The notes under the pieces were generated by a model. The model was not told the origin of the DNA, searched no databases, and saw only the letters and a program-made list of their open reading frames with translations. Below are positions 10,371 to 20,384 of a DNA stretch of 64,000 nucleotides, one piece after another; position 1 is the stretch's first letter, and every line of letters begins with the position of its first letter. The stretch covers positions 1-64,000 of IMG/VR virus record IMGVR_UViG_3300009182_000002. One strand, 5' to 3'. This DNA is from a virus. The translations under genes were made by a program, and so were the position numbers.

Positions 10371-10838
10371 CTACGTCCGTCCGAAGATCATCGTGGCGCG
10401 ACAGTTCACGGCAGACGTAGGTGCCGTGCAGCGGATTACGAAGCCCTGAGACACAGCGGTGTCGTAGGTATCACCTAGGGGGATGTCGTAGATCGCGGTG
10501 CCGTTGTACGGGGACAGCAGGAACTGATCGATGATCGTCAGCACCGTGGGCTCAACCGTGTAGTTGTACGCGGTGGACATACCCGTAGTCGCGATAGTGC
10601 GCCCCGCGATCTGGTTGACGGTTCCGGCAGTCGTGGTTCCAGCCGTGGCGAACGTCGAGTAGCAGACATCAACTAGGACGGCCTTATCAGTGGACGTGAC
10701 GCCGTCGAAACCGATGCGGATCTTCTTCAGATCAACACCAAACTGCGCTCCGGACGTGACGCTGAGGACACTCTTCGCCGTGGCGGCTGTGAGAGCCACG
10801 GCTGCACCAGTGACCGCGCTATACAGGGTCTGAGCCAT
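10371..10838 (-). CDS. virion structural protein
   Basis: 155 aa Thr-rich ORF in the structural operon. Confidence 0.6.
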   Translation of the reverse strand: MAQTLYSAVTGAAVALTAATAKSVLSVTSGAQFGVDLKKIRIGFDGVTSTDKAVLVDVCYSTFATAGTTTAGTVNQIAGRTIATTGMSTAYNYTVEPTVLTIIDQFLLSPYNGTAIYDIPLGDTYDTAVSQGFVIRCTAPTSAVNCRATMIFGRT

Positions 10839-10844
10839 GACAGC

Positions 10845-11237
10845 CTACGAAAGGGTGACGGTCTGAGTGATCGTCAGGGTGTCGCCGACAGCCGAAAGGG
10901 TTGCAGTTGTTCCTAGCAACGTCTCGAAGACGAGCGAGCCCGAGGTCACGGCGTTGAAGATGCCGACCTTAGCAATAGTCACTGGCAGCGAATCGTTGGC
11001 GTTCGTGGTGAACGTGTTGCTAATGGTGTAGGTGCTCGTGCCGTTGGTGTGTGCGTACGTGCCTGCCACGCGGATGAGACCGCCAGAGGCAGTGACAATC
11101 TCACCCGTCAGCGTTGTGCTACTCGCAGAAGCGGCTGTTGAGTTTGCGGTAAGGCCGACCCACTTAGCAACTGCGGTGGCCGAGGCAGAGCCCGCTACCT
11201 GAGCAGCAACGTGATCTTTGCCAGCGTTGGTAATCAT
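10845..11237 (-). CDS. tail-fibre attachment-type protein
   Basis: MITNAGKD..LTGEI..KVGIFNAVTSGSLVFE..GDTLTIT pattern typical of phage fibre N-terminal modules. Confidence 0.65.
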   Translation of the reverse strand: MITNAGKDHVAAQVAGSASATAVAKWVGLTANSTAASASSTTLTGEIVTASGGLIRVAGTYAHTNGTSTYTISNTFTTNANDSLPVTIAKVGIFNAVTSGSLVFETLLGTTATLSAVGDTLTITQTVTLS

Positions 11238-11244
11238 TTCTCTC

Positions 11245-11508
11245 CTAGGCGTTCACGCCGGGTACGCTCTGTACCGGGCAGTCGTAGTGGGCGCACAGTT
11301 GCGCTTCGAGGTCGGGGTCCGAGCATGCGATCCACGACGGCGCGGCTGCGGACTGAGCGGTCCACACCCCCGAAGGATCAGTGACGGTGATGAACGCTTC
11401 GTCTACCGCGATCCCCTCAGGGAACTCGATGTCGGTGGTGTGCTCATCGGTAGAGTTGGGGTCAACGTCGTGTAGAGGCGCGACGTTGCCGAATCGTGCA
11501 GTGATCAT
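11245..11508 (-). CDS. hypothetical protein
   Basis: 87 aa ORF with TAGGAG RBS, tightly packed. Confidence 0.6.
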   Translation of the reverse strand: MITARFGNVAPLHDVDPNSTDEHTTDIEFPEGIAVDEAFITVTDPSGVWTAQSAAAPSWIACSDPDLEAQLCAHYDCPVQSVPGVNA

Positions 11509-11517
11509 GTTGTTCTC

Positions 11518-11955
11518 CTAGTAGAGGCGCTTGAGTCTTATTGTCGCGGTGAGGTCAGCGCCAGTCAGGCTCAAACCCGGCTGCACTACGTCAAGAGTTA
11601 GGTAGTCGCCTTTGATGAAGGTCGCGACGGAGATGTAGTTGTTGGCAAGGGCCGTGAACTCCCCCGCCGGGATTCGTGGCTGAATCGAGTAGATCGACGT
11701 CCCGTTCTTCTTCAGGTTCACAATCACGTCTCGGTCTGCCACGGTACCTACCGTGAGACGGACATTGGAGATGCTGTAGGGACCTTCCAGATAGAGGCGA
11801 CCAGTGCCTGTCAAAGTACGCAGATTTCCGTTCATGGTGAAGACGTATGCTTCAATTTGATCGACGGGGTAGCCGTCCACCACTGCGCTGGCGCTTGCAA
11901 GTGAGCCGACACTAATTGTGTCATTTCCGGTGACCGTAACTGTGAAATCACTCAT
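11518..11955 (-). CDS. beta-sandwich virion (decoration-like) protein
   Basis: 145 aa; visibly homologous to 27578-28027. Confidence 0.6.
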   Translation of the reverse strand: MSDFTVTVTGNDTISVGSLASASAVVDGYPVDQIEAYVFTMNGNLRTLTGTGRLYLEGPYSISNVRLTVGTVADRDVIVNLKKNGTSIYSIQPRIPAGEFTALANNYISVATFIKGDYLTLDVVQPGLSLTGADLTATIRLKRLY

Positions 11956-13121
11956 CAGATACCTCGACCCGTACCGTCATACGTTGTAAGCGCCGTGAAG
12001 CCTTCTTGCGCGTCTCCTCCAAGCAACGGCGGGTAGATGCCCGGAGTAGTTTGCGCGACGTAGTTGCCGTCACGAGTGACGTCACGCTGGGTGAAGACTT
12101 TGCCTTGCAGGAAGGTGCGAACGTCCTGCGCGTCGAGAGTGTTCTTGACTTGAAGGTCCCAGACCGCTAGCAGTGGGAGGAACCGGGTCTGGTCGGAAGT
12201 GAGAGACAGGGCGACTGTACCTAGAGTTGCGTTAACTACGTTTACGGCGATGACGGCAGCAATGACCGGGGATTCTGCAAACTGCCTAATTTGAGCGCTG
12301 ATTGTGTAGTTTGTGACGTCAAAGTCAAAGTCCACGGTGCTGGAGAACGAGTCTCCCTGACGAAGGACGAGGTCGTAGATAGCAGCCTTGGTAGGCAGGG
12401 CGTCTGCGCCGTAGGTGTTGGCAGGCAGGTAGACCCGCTGTGGCTTGCTGTAGTCATCGATCTCCTGCGCGATGTAGATCGGCACCAACTTGTTGGTAGT
12501 GCGGGAGACCCGGCGGAGGTTAAAGACCTCAATGCGGTTGAGACCAATGTTGAGCGCGGCGCACAGTTCCTTGTACTGCTGCTGGCGAGCGCCCATCATC
12601 TCCATCAACTGGCGGTAGCGCTCAGAGCGAGGGATGTTGACGCCGTCTGGGGCGGCGATGTCAATGTCGAACGAGGCATCCGTTGCTAAGGCCATCAAAG
12701 CCATGTAAGTGGCAAGGATGCTTACCGGGTACTCTTCGATGATTGCAAGGTTAGAAATCGTCATCGACCGCCCGAAGGCGTCGGTTCGATGGTAAAGGTG
12801 CTCCGCCACAGCGGCATCCACGAAGGACTTGAGGTCCGTGTACCCGAAGAAGCGGTAGCGGGTCCCAGCCACTCGTACGAGGGCATTTAGGGCTGGAGCA
12901 GAGGCAAAGGTGACTACGCCAGTACGTTCCGCGACAGTGACCTGTGCGGAGGTCTGAGCAGTCCCGTTGACGGAGACGACGAGGGTGCTGGTGTCCAGTG
13001 GGTACTGGTTCGTCTCAAACTTCGTGGTCACACCATCACCAATCACGGTGACGTCAAAGGCGGTCGCCTGATCACCCAATTCGAGACGGACTCGGTTCAT
13101 CAGGTCAGTTGTAGTCGCCAC
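11955..13121 (-). CDS. head-tail adaptor/neck protein with C-terminal BppU-like domain
   Basis: RVRLELGD, GDGVTTKF, IPRSERYRQL, YDLVLRQGDSF; leaderless GTG at 13121. Confidence 0.65.
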   Translation of the reverse strand: MATTTDLMNRVRLELGDQATAFDVTVIGDGVTTKFETNQYPLDTSTLVVSVNGTAQTSAQVTVAERTGVVTFASAPALNALVRVAGTRYRFFGYTDLKSFVDAAVAEHLYHRTDAFGRSMTISNLAIIEEYPVSILATYMALMALATDASFDIDIAAPDGVNIPRSERYRQLMEMMGARQQQYKELCAALNIGLNRIEVFNLRRVSRTTNKLVPIYIAQEIDDYSKPQRVYLPANTYGADALPTKAAIYDLVLRQGDSFSSTVDFDFDVTNYTISAQIRQFAESPVIAAVIAVNVVNATLGTVALSLTSDQTRFLPLLAVWDLQVKNTLDAQDVRTFLQGKVFTQRDVTRDGNYVAQTTPGIYPPLLGGDAQEGFTALTTYDGTGRGI

Positions 13122-13160
13122 GCTAACAATGTTCCCGTCTCGTTGGTAAAGCGTCACAGC

Positions 13161-13204
13161 AAAAGAGAGCCCGCGTCAGCGGGAGGGCGGGCGCTGACGC
13201 GGGC
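13161..13204 (-). terminator. intrinsic terminator after the capsid operon
   Basis: 13 bp stem gcccgcgtcagcg/cgctgacgcgggc followed by TCTCTTTT on the minus strand. Confidence 0.75.
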
Positions 13205-13226
13205 GGCTGGTGTAGACCGGCACTTG

Positions 13227-13592
13227 TTAGTGCCAGATCAAGCCCTTCTCCTCTAGGTGATCGGCCACAGCCTTCGGGACCTTGTACTTCTGGCCCATCT
13301 TGAAGGTGTAGAGCGTGCCGACCCCAAGGGTCATGTCGTCAATGTCCTCATTCACGCGGACGATGACGCTGTTCTCGGAGAGAGAGGCATCGACCTCTTC
13401 CACGGAGTCAACGACAACGGGTGCGTTCTGAGTGAGATCAGTGACCGAGGTAGCGTCAATCTCGGCCTGCACCGCTGCGGCGGTGCTGATTTCGTCGGCA
13501 CGGCGAGCGAGTTCCTCGGCGTGCTCCTTCTGCAACTTCTCGCGGTTGCGACCGGTGAGGTCTGCGGCGCGAGTCTTCGGTGCTGCTGCCAC
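13227..13592 (-). CDS. conserved phage protein downstream of the major capsid gene
   Basis: 121 aa; C-terminal FKMGQKYKVPKAVADHLEEKG; AAGGAG RBS. Confidence 0.75.
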   Translation of the reverse strand: MAAAPKTRAADLTGRNREKLQKEHAEELARRADEISTAAAVQAEIDATSVTDLTQNAPVVVDSVEEVDASLSENSVIVRVNEDIDDMTLGVGTLYTFKMGQKYKVPKAVADHLEEKGLIWH

Positions 13593-13707
13593 GGCATTTT
13601 CTCCTTGTTGTTAGTGGCTCGTTGTTTGTCCCTTGTGAGCCCTCCGGGGGCCGATCCTTTTGAGACCGACCCCCAGAGGAATCAGTTGCTTGAAACGTTA
13701 GATGTAA

Positions 13708-14739
13708 TCAGTTCGTTTCAGCAATTACGACAGATTGGTCGGTAATGAGGCCGAGACCCCAAATTGAATACCAAGCGAGAGCATGTTCGCGACCAAAATC
13801 GAGAATTCCGCCGTCACGCAACTCGACAGGAAGTGAGATAGCGTGTCCGAAAGCGTTGTCTCCGATGAAGATTGCCGAGTAACGGTCGTTAGAACCGTTT
13901 GGCGTGCTTCCCGTTCCGGCGGTGTCTCCGGTGTAGTTTGCACCGGCACCGTTAGTGACCTTCTTAACCTGCGTTGTCTCGATAAAGACCGTATCGTACA
14001 ATCTTCCGATTTCGCCGAGCATGAAATTACCGGGCGCAGCGTACTTTGTAACTTCGATGAATTCCGCGGTGTCACGAAGGCGACGCGACTGGTGAGGGTG
14101 AACGAAGCAGACGTAAGTCTCACCGAGACGGGGAACGTTCTTGGTTGCCAAAGTTTCGACGGCATCCTTAACGACAGCGGGCGAGAGATTGAACGCGCCG
14201 GTCATGTTGGCGCGCGAGGTGCCGACCGTACCGGTGTTGTAGAAACCGTTAGCGTTGGTGTAAACGCCGCCGCCGCTGTAACCGTAGATGGTCGAGGTTG
14301 CGGTGAGCAGGGTGTCGCGGGCCATACCGTCGAGGTACAGGGCCATGTTGCGGCCCAGCAGGCGCGAGGCCGAGGCCATCACGTCATCGAACGAGGCGTT
14401 CAGCAGCAACTCCGACACCGCGATGGCGTAGCCGTGCTCGGCCACCGTGATGGAGAACTGCGAGGCGGTCAGCGCGTTGGTGCTCAGGCGCACACCCTCA
14501 GTCAACTGCGAGGCAGCGCCAAGGTTGTTATACCGCATGAAATTGATCGTGAGACCGGGGGCGACACCCAACTCTGTCTTCTTAACAGCAAACTGCTCGA
14601 AACGAAGAATGGGCATTGACTGAAACAGGATCTCCTTTGACCAGATGGTCTGGATGGCCTGCGTGAGGTTGCTGTTAGCACCGCTGTAAGCAGTGGCGGA
14701 AGCGGAGAGTGCTCCGGTTCCGGTAATGGCGTTAGCCAT
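13708..14739 (-). CDS. major capsid protein (N4-gp56 family, HK97 fold)
   Basis: 343 aa; IWSKEIL, YVCFVHPHQ, GEIGRLYDTVFIET, DFGREHALAW. Confidence 0.92.
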   Translation of the reverse strand: MANAITGTGALSASATAYSGANSNLTQAIQTIWSKEILFQSMPILRFEQFAVKKTELGVAPGLTINFMRYNNLGAASQLTEGVRLSTNALTASQFSITVAEHGYAIAVSELLLNASFDDVMASASRLLGRNMALYLDGMARDTLLTATSTIYGYSGGGVYTNANGFYNTGTVGTSRANMTGAFNLSPAVVKDAVETLATKNVPRLGETYVCFVHPHQSRRLRDTAEFIEVTKYAAPGNFMLGEIGRLYDTVFIETTQVKKVTNGAGANYTGDTAGTGSTPNGSNDRYSAIFIGDNAFGHAISLPVELRDGGILDFGREHALAWYSIWGLGLITDQSVVIAETN

Positions 14740-14785
14740 GTCTTATCTCCTTGGGAGGACGTTGGGTTATGGGGTTGGTAAAGCC

Positions 14786-15550
14786 TCAGCCGAACAGACC
14801 CGTGTTTCGAGAGGCTGAGGCCTGCCCCAGCAACTTCGAGCGGTGCTTGGCGTAATCGCTGAACGACATCCCGGCAATCTGCTCCGGGGTAAACTGCTGG
14901 TTGTCCGAATTGGTGTCCAGAGGTCCGGCGGCGGGGGCGGTAACCCGCGAACCCGCCATATCGCGTCGTGCAGTTTGCATTGCAGACTGCGCTGACTCAA
15001 GGATGCGCGATGAGCGCTCCTTCAGTCCCGCGATACTCGACTCAATTTCATCTGGGCTGTTGCCCGAAATGAGATCGAGAAGTTCAGGGATGATGTTGTC
15101 CTGCTCTTCGGCAACTCGCTGCTGCCGGTAGGACATCACCTCTTGGAACTGGCGCTCGTGCTCAAGAAGGGCAAAGGCCTTCTCGCGCTCTGCGCGCTCC
15201 TGTTCCAACTGTTCGTGCCACTCTCGCTCCTTGTTCTCAAGGAGGGTGCGGACATCCATCTCCGCCTCAGCCTTGGCGCGGGCCTCTGCCTCTGCGTCGG
15301 CGCGGAGGCGCTCTTCCTCAAGTAGGCGCTCATCACGCTCGCGCTTCAAGAGGTTCAACTCCTCCTTCAGGCGCTCTACCTGCGGGTACAACTTGTCCTT
15401 CTCCTGAGCGCGGATGCGTGCGAGATCATCCTCGGTGTAGAACTTCTCGCTCACGCTCTCGTCCGGAACCTCGGGAGTAGGGATCTGGTCGGTGGTCGTC
15501 GTCGCTGCGGCAACCTCGGAGGCGAAAGCCTCAGTGTCAAAAGTGCTCAT
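14786..15550 (-). CDS. capsid scaffolding protein
   Basis: acidic coiled coil between portal and capsid genes; C-terminal MSFSDYAKHR. Confidence 0.85.
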   Translation of the reverse strand: MSTFDTEAFASEVAAATTTTDQIPTPEVPDESVSEKFYTEDDLARIRAQEKDKLYPQVERLKEELNLLKRERDERLLEEERLRADAEAEARAKAEAEMDVRTLLENKEREWHEQLEQERAEREKAFALLEHERQFQEVMSYRQQRVAEEQDNIIPELLDLISGNSPDEIESSIAGLKERSSRILESAQSAMQTARRDMAGSRVTAPAAGPLDTNSDNQQFTPEQIAGMSFSDYAKHRSKLLGQASASRNTGLFG

Positions 15551-15674
15551 TGCGTTCCTCTTGGGGTGTCAGTGGTCTTGTCCGAATGGCCGAAGCCGTG
15601 TCCCGTATGACCTGCCGTTTAGGTGGTAGTACAAGCAAATCCGTTGTTAGAGGCATTGTCTGGCTAAACAACTG

Positions 15675-17381
15675 CTAGTTGCGTGAGTCGGAAGAATCCG
15701 GGTTCTCCGGGTTCCGCCGCTGTGGCAACTTCGTTCCGTAGGCATCGGTAAGCAAGGTGCTCTGGAGGCCGAGAACTTCCTGCATGTTCATCTGCTGCGC
15801 CGGGGTCGGCTGCGTAGCAACGGGGTTGCCTTCAGCGTCCAACTCGGGGTTAGGAACAGCGGTGCCATCGGGTGAGACGAGCATGCCTGTGGCGTCGTTG
15901 ATCGCCTGAGTGATCTGCGCCTTCACCAAGTTCAGCGCACCGTCGGCCTTGGCGTCATCCATCAACTCGGAGCGGATCTCCGCGAGTTTCTCGTCGGGGA
16001 ACTCCTCGCCGAGAGTGCGTAGCGCACCTTCCTTGGACTCCAGACCGAGCGCCATCTTTGCCTGAATTTCGTTCAGGGCGATCAACTTGTCGAGCGGAAG
16101 CGGAGGTGGGAAGTGGCAGATGCTTCGGTAGGACACCGGGTCGGCAGGGTCCAACTGCGGAACCTGCTCGGGCTTGAGAGGAACGTTGTTGCTTGGGTCC
16201 CAACGAAGGGCGTCTGGCTCCTTGAAAGCCATCGTTAGCAACACGAGTTCGTTGATGCGCTCAAGACCCTCGGCGTACTGCACGATTTTCTGCTGGTAGC
16301 GGTTCATCAGCGGCTGGAACTGGATGCTCAAAGCAACGCCAGATGTATTGCTAATGGGCTGCAACTGCCCCAGCGCCGTCTCCGGCACACCGACCATCTC
16401 GTGCATCGAGCGCTTGATGACCTCTAGGTACTGGAGAGCACCCTGCAATCCGGAGCCGCCACCCTCAAGGTTGAAGACGGTGGCGTCTTTAGGCAGGCCA
16501 CCCCACACCTTCTTGGGGCCCTTCTCCAACTGCGATGCCTTGGCACCAGTGATGACGGTGACGGGAGCGGCGTGGTAATTGATGATGTCCGCGACGTCGG
16601 TGGCAACCTCGTTGTAGTTGCGGTTCAGAACGATGATGTCGTGACAATCCGCCAGACCCCATGGGGAACCCGACACACGCACGTTTGGGATGTGGATGAT
16701 GGGGACGACACCCAGCGGATTGGGGCGAGAATCAATCAACTCGTCGTTGATGTACTCCTCAATAGTGTCGTCAGTGAGAATCTCAGTGTAGGTGTAAACC
16801 TGACGTGTTCCCTCAAGTGAGGTGCCCCAAAAGCGGTACTTAAGTTTGAAACGAATGAGACGTTCTCTGTCATGTGGATGAAACTCAGGAAAACAGAATG
16901 AACTGTTAAGCGGCAAGATACGAACGCGGCCCGGGTGTACCCGACCAACGCTGTCCTCGTAGGCCTCCTCGTAAGCAACCTTGACAAAGCAGTCGCCAGA
17001 GACACCGCCTTGCTGGCCCATCTCCCACAAGACCTGAGCCTTGTCGTTGTCTACTTCCCACACTCGCTTGAGCACGTCGGGGACGATGGCTTCGGTCTGT
17101 TTTGGAGATTTAAACTGCACCCCACGACTGAAAGTGAAGTTAATGATGTAGTCGGTAAAGGCGCGGTAGTAGTTGTACACCATTTGAGACTCACCGGCTT
17201 CTCGCCGATAACTCCAATGATGACCAAGGTACATGGCCCAGTTCAATGAATATCTATTGAGACGCGGGCCGTGTACTTCAAATTCTTCATCGGCAAGTTC
17301 AACTAGACCGAGAGGGCTGATTGAAATCGTGAGGTCAGATGACGCTGCACGATAAGAGGGAGGTGCGAAGTCGATGGACAT
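15675..17381 (-). CDS. portal protein (SPP1 gp6-like)
   Basis: 568 aa; NPLGVVPIIHIPN, SNTSGVALSIQFQPL; position between terminase and scaffold. Confidence 0.9.
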   Translation of the reverse strand: MSIDFAPPSYRAASSDLTISISPLGLVELADEEFEVHGPRLNRYSLNWAMYLGHHWSYRREAGESQMVYNYYRAFTDYIINFTFSRGVQFKSPKQTEAIVPDVLKRVWEVDNDKAQVLWEMGQQGGVSGDCFVKVAYEEAYEDSVGRVHPGRVRILPLNSSFCFPEFHPHDRERLIRFKLKYRFWGTSLEGTRQVYTYTEILTDDTIEEYINDELIDSRPNPLGVVPIIHIPNVRVSGSPWGLADCHDIIVLNRNYNEVATDVADIINYHAAPVTVITGAKASQLEKGPKKVWGGLPKDATVFNLEGGGSGLQGALQYLEVIKRSMHEMVGVPETALGQLQPISNTSGVALSIQFQPLMNRYQQKIVQYAEGLERINELVLLTMAFKEPDALRWDPSNNVPLKPEQVPQLDPADPVSYRSICHFPPPLPLDKLIALNEIQAKMALGLESKEGALRTLGEEFPDEKLAEIRSELMDDAKADGALNLVKAQITQAINDATGMLVSPDGTAVPNPELDAEGNPVATQPTPAQQMNMQEVLGLQSTLLTDAYGTKLPQRRNPENPDSSDSRN

Positions 17382-17390
17382 CTACGCTCC

Positions 17391-17636
17391 CTACTTCCCC
17401 TTCTTCTTCTTGTCCTTCTCCTTGGACTTAGGGTCGTTATTGTCCTTGAAGCGGGGGTCAACCTTCTTCTGTGAATCCACGAAACGGCCACCGGCTTGCA
17501 CGTAATGGTCGTGGACCCACTTGGCTGCCGTGGGTGAAGGCCAAGTGTGGTAGCGCGCCTTGGCCTGCGCGACGTACATGTTCCAGAGCCTTTGGTTGGC
17601 CGGAATCTGCTGGCCTCTGTGCTCCTGCTGTGCCAT
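17391..17636 (-). CDS. small basic conserved phage protein
   Basis: LWNMYVAQAKARYHTWPSPTAAKWVHDHYVQAGGRF, Lys-rich tail. Confidence 0.7.
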   Translation of the reverse strand: MAQQEHRGQQIPANQRLWNMYVAQAKARYHTWPSPTAAKWVHDHYVQAGGRFVDSQKKVDPRFKDNNDPKSKEKDKKKKGK

Positions 17637-17657
17637 GGGTGCTCTCCTAGGTGTTCT

Positions 17658-17695
17658 TCCCCGGCCCAGCGCTGCTAGAGCGCTGGGGCCGGGGA
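17658..17695. terminator. strong intergenic hairpin
   Basis: tccccggcccagcgct/agcgctggggccgggga; no clear U-tract. Confidence 0.5.
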
Positions 17696-17709
17696 CGCAC
17701 AGACGAAGG

Positions 17710-18117
17710 TCAGTCAGTGACCAATGCGGGGTTCATGCGCTGCTGGCGACCGCCGCTACGGATGACCTCTTCGTAGGTCACCTCCGCGTAGTCAGCGAAC
17801 GAACCGTGGGCGAACTCGCCGAGGTACGCCGGGGCTTCAACCCACGCAGCAGAGCCGACGTGTGCCCGCTCCTGCATGGTCTCCTCGGGGTACTTCTCGA
17901 ACACGTTCATGTTGTGGTTCGGACGACCGGGCGGGGTCATCAGACCCTGCATGATGCCCTTCTGGAAGTCGTTGGGCACGTCCGTGTCAGTGGCGACGCC
18001 CTCCTCGAAACGAAGCGGGCCACGCTGACCGGGAACGGCAGCGGACATCTTGCGCTCGTAGTTGTTAGGGCTGCGCTCAGGGAACTGCGGAGCGGGGGCA
18101 ACCGTGGGAACGGCCAT
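17710..18117 (-). CDS. conserved phage head-module protein
   Basis: 135 aa; GPLRFEEGVATDTDVP; RBS and promoter at 18156-18190. Confidence 0.75.
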   Translation of the reverse strand: MAVPTVAPAPQFPERSPNNYERKMSAAVPGQRGPLRFEEGVATDTDVPNDFQKGIMQGLMTPPGRPNHNMNVFEKYPEETMQERAHVGSAAWVEAPAYLGEFAHGSFADYAEVTYEEVIRSGGRQQRMNPALVTD

Positions 18118-18203
18118 TTACTCTTCTCCTTCGGGATGAGGAATCCTCGTGATTAAGTCTGTTCCGAAGTTGGTAGCGCGTCAGCGTGAACTAACGTCTT
18201 TGT

Positions 18204-19796
18204 CTAGCGGCCAAAAAATGGGTTGCTAGAGACCTCTACCGTTGGCATGACGAGGTCTTGTGTGAGGGCGCATGCGATAGCAAGACTGTCCACGTAGTCG
18301 TCGTGAGCGTGAGCCTCGTCCGGGGCTGCGACCAGCATGTTCGGTCCCTTGAACACCTTCTCCGCATCGACCATCTGCTGGAAGAAGCGTTTCCATGTAC
18401 GCAGCCGCCGGGTCTTGGCATGGGCTGGCCAGCCAATCATCTTTCGCTGAATCAGGGCCTGAAGGTGCTTCCAACGCTTGGACTGGTCACTGGCGTTGCT
18501 AGAGATCGAGATCACCTCTGTCCTTGGCAAGAGGAGTTCGAGGCGCTGCGCGACCGCGTCTCCAACACCTTGCGCGTCAACGCCGACCGCTAGCACGTCG
18601 TAGTTGGAGAGGAAGTTGGTGATCTGGAAGTACTGCTCCTCCCAGTCATCCCCTTGGATTTCCATCCAGTTGAGGATTCGGTGGTCGTAGTAGCCGAACT
18701 CATCCGGCCTGTCCCAGTCCACCCACACCACGGTGACAACGGTGGAGTCCATCTTTCGGGCCGGGTCGATGCCGACGACAACCGGAGTGCGGTGCCAGAC
18801 CTTGACTATCTCCTGAGAGGTGTCACCTAGTTCCTCCATGATCGTCTGGGTGACGAACATGCCTCGCTCTAGCAACCACTTGCAGTTGTAAGACATCTGG
18901 AATTCGTCTGAGTCCTCCCCGATGCGGAGCATCTCCTTGCGGATGAACTTGTCATAGTTGCTGTTGGTCCTAGCAACATCTCGCCAATCCCACTGGTAGT
19001 GGTTCTGCCTCATGTTCCGGTTCGTCTGCCGACGCCGGTTCAGTTGGATGGATCGGTAGAAGTTGTTCTTCGAGGTAGTTGGGGTGCCGGTCTTAACAAT
19101 GGTGGCGTTGTAGTACGCACCCATGGGGCTGATGCTCTTAGCAACGACGAAGTCGTCCGCCTCCTGACACTCATCGATGACGATCAGGTGAAAGGACTTG
19201 GACTCGATCTTGGCTCGTGGGTTCGCGGTCATCATCAGGATCTGCGATCCTGACTTCTTCAACCTGATGCCCTTGGTGATTCCGGGTGTCCGGCCTGTTA
19301 TGTCATCGATTTCCGGATCTCCGAGAACCTCAAGGGCGCGCTCGGATGTGAGCCGGGAGACGGTACGGCCAAACAGGGTCTCAGCCTGCGACTCGACGGG
19401 GGCGAACATGCCTACCCAGAGCCCGTCCTTGAATTTGCCAAGCAAGTCGGGGTAGATGCGCGCTAGGCGCGGAAACAGAACCATCAACGTTGCAACGACG
19501 TTAGCAATGGTCTCTGACTTGCCAGACTGACGCGCGGCCAGTGCAGTGATCTCTTCACCATCATTGATGATGATTGATTCGATGATCCTGCGCGCCAGCG
19601 GCTTCTGGTAGGGGTGAAGGTCGTGGCCCACGAGGACGACCATGAACTGCATGGTCTTCTCTACCAACTGCTCCACGAACTCCTTGGAGAGTTGGTCGAG
19701 TTCCTCGTCAGGCTCGAATTCTTGATCGTTCCCCGGGTCCCCGTAGAGGTCGTCCGGAGTGATGTCGAGTTCTTCAAACTGCGGTTGAGTGCCCAT
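18204..19796 (-). CDS. terL: terminase large subunit
   Basis: Walker A AARQSGKSET, Walker B IVIDE, TGTP, nuclease GIDPA..D and HDDYVDS. Confidence 0.93.
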   Translation of the reverse strand: MGTQPQFEELDITPDDLYGDPGNDQEFEPDEELDQLSKEFVEQLVEKTMQFMVVLVGHDLHPYQKPLARRIIESIIINDGEEITALAARQSGKSETIANVVATLMVLFPRLARIYPDLLGKFKDGLWVGMFAPVESQAETLFGRTVSRLTSERALEVLGDPEIDDITGRTPGITKGIRLKKSGSQILMMTANPRAKIESKSFHLIVIDECQEADDFVVAKSISPMGAYYNATIVKTGTPTTSKNNFYRSIQLNRRRQTNRNMRQNHYQWDWRDVARTNSNYDKFIRKEMLRIGEDSDEFQMSYNCKWLLERGMFVTQTIMEELGDTSQEIVKVWHRTPVVVGIDPARKMDSTVVTVVWVDWDRPDEFGYYDHRILNWMEIQGDDWEEQYFQITNFLSNYDVLAVGVDAQGVGDAVAQRLELLLPRTEVISISSNASDQSKRWKHLQALIQRKMIGWPAHAKTRRLRTWKRFFQQMVDAEKVFKGPNMLVAAPDEAHAHDDYVDSLAIACALTQDLVMPTVEVSSNPFFGR

Positions 19797-20086
19797 GGTC
19801 TGACTAGCCTGTCAAGACCATGGGCACCCTGTCCGCATCAACTCCGCTTGATGGTGCGGTGGTCGGACTCTAACTGCGTGACTTGATTTCTCGGATGACC
19901 GCAAGAAGAGCCTCAGCGCTCGTCTCGGCCTCGTCAAGGTGCAAGGACTCACGGCTCTTCTGCCACTGGGACATCTCGCGTCCGAGTGCGAAGAGAGTCT
20001 GGTCTGCCCACAGCACGAGGTCCGGGGTCGAGATCTTGGCAACGCGGCGCTCTAGCCGGGTCTGCTCACGCTCTTCGCGCTGCCGC

Positions 20087-20362
20087 CTAAACAAGGTCGT
20101 CCTCAAAGCCAACGCCGTTGTCTTCGAGGATTCGCATACCAAGGGCGTGTTGGTAGACGGAACTCTCGTTCAGGCGGGTCTTCCAACGACCAACAACCAA
20201 CGCTCGGTTGGTAAAGGGCACCCGGAAGATGCGGCAACCTCCGGTGCGAAACGGCGGTTCCACTTCGGTGGTCGTGGACTTGTTAACAAGGGGTATGAGG
20301 AGACCGTCGGGGTACCGGATGGTGTGCCAGAAGACGGTCCCCACAGTGTGGGGTTCAGTCAT
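20087..20362 (-). CDS. hypothetical protein
   Basis: 91 aa; TAGGCT -10 six nt before the ATG. Confidence 0.65.
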   Translation of the reverse strand: MTEPHTVGTVFWHTIRYPDGLLIPLVNKSTTTEVEPPFRTGGCRIFRVPFTNRALVVGRWKTRLNESSVYQHALGMRILEDNGVGFEDDLV

Positions 20363-20384
20363 ACCAGCAGCCTACCGGCTGGTG

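Noticed and set aside
13843-14619. Long antisense ORFs (for example 258 aa opposite the capsid gene and 270 aa opposite polA)
   Set aside because: Shadow frames caused by GC3 bias of the real genes
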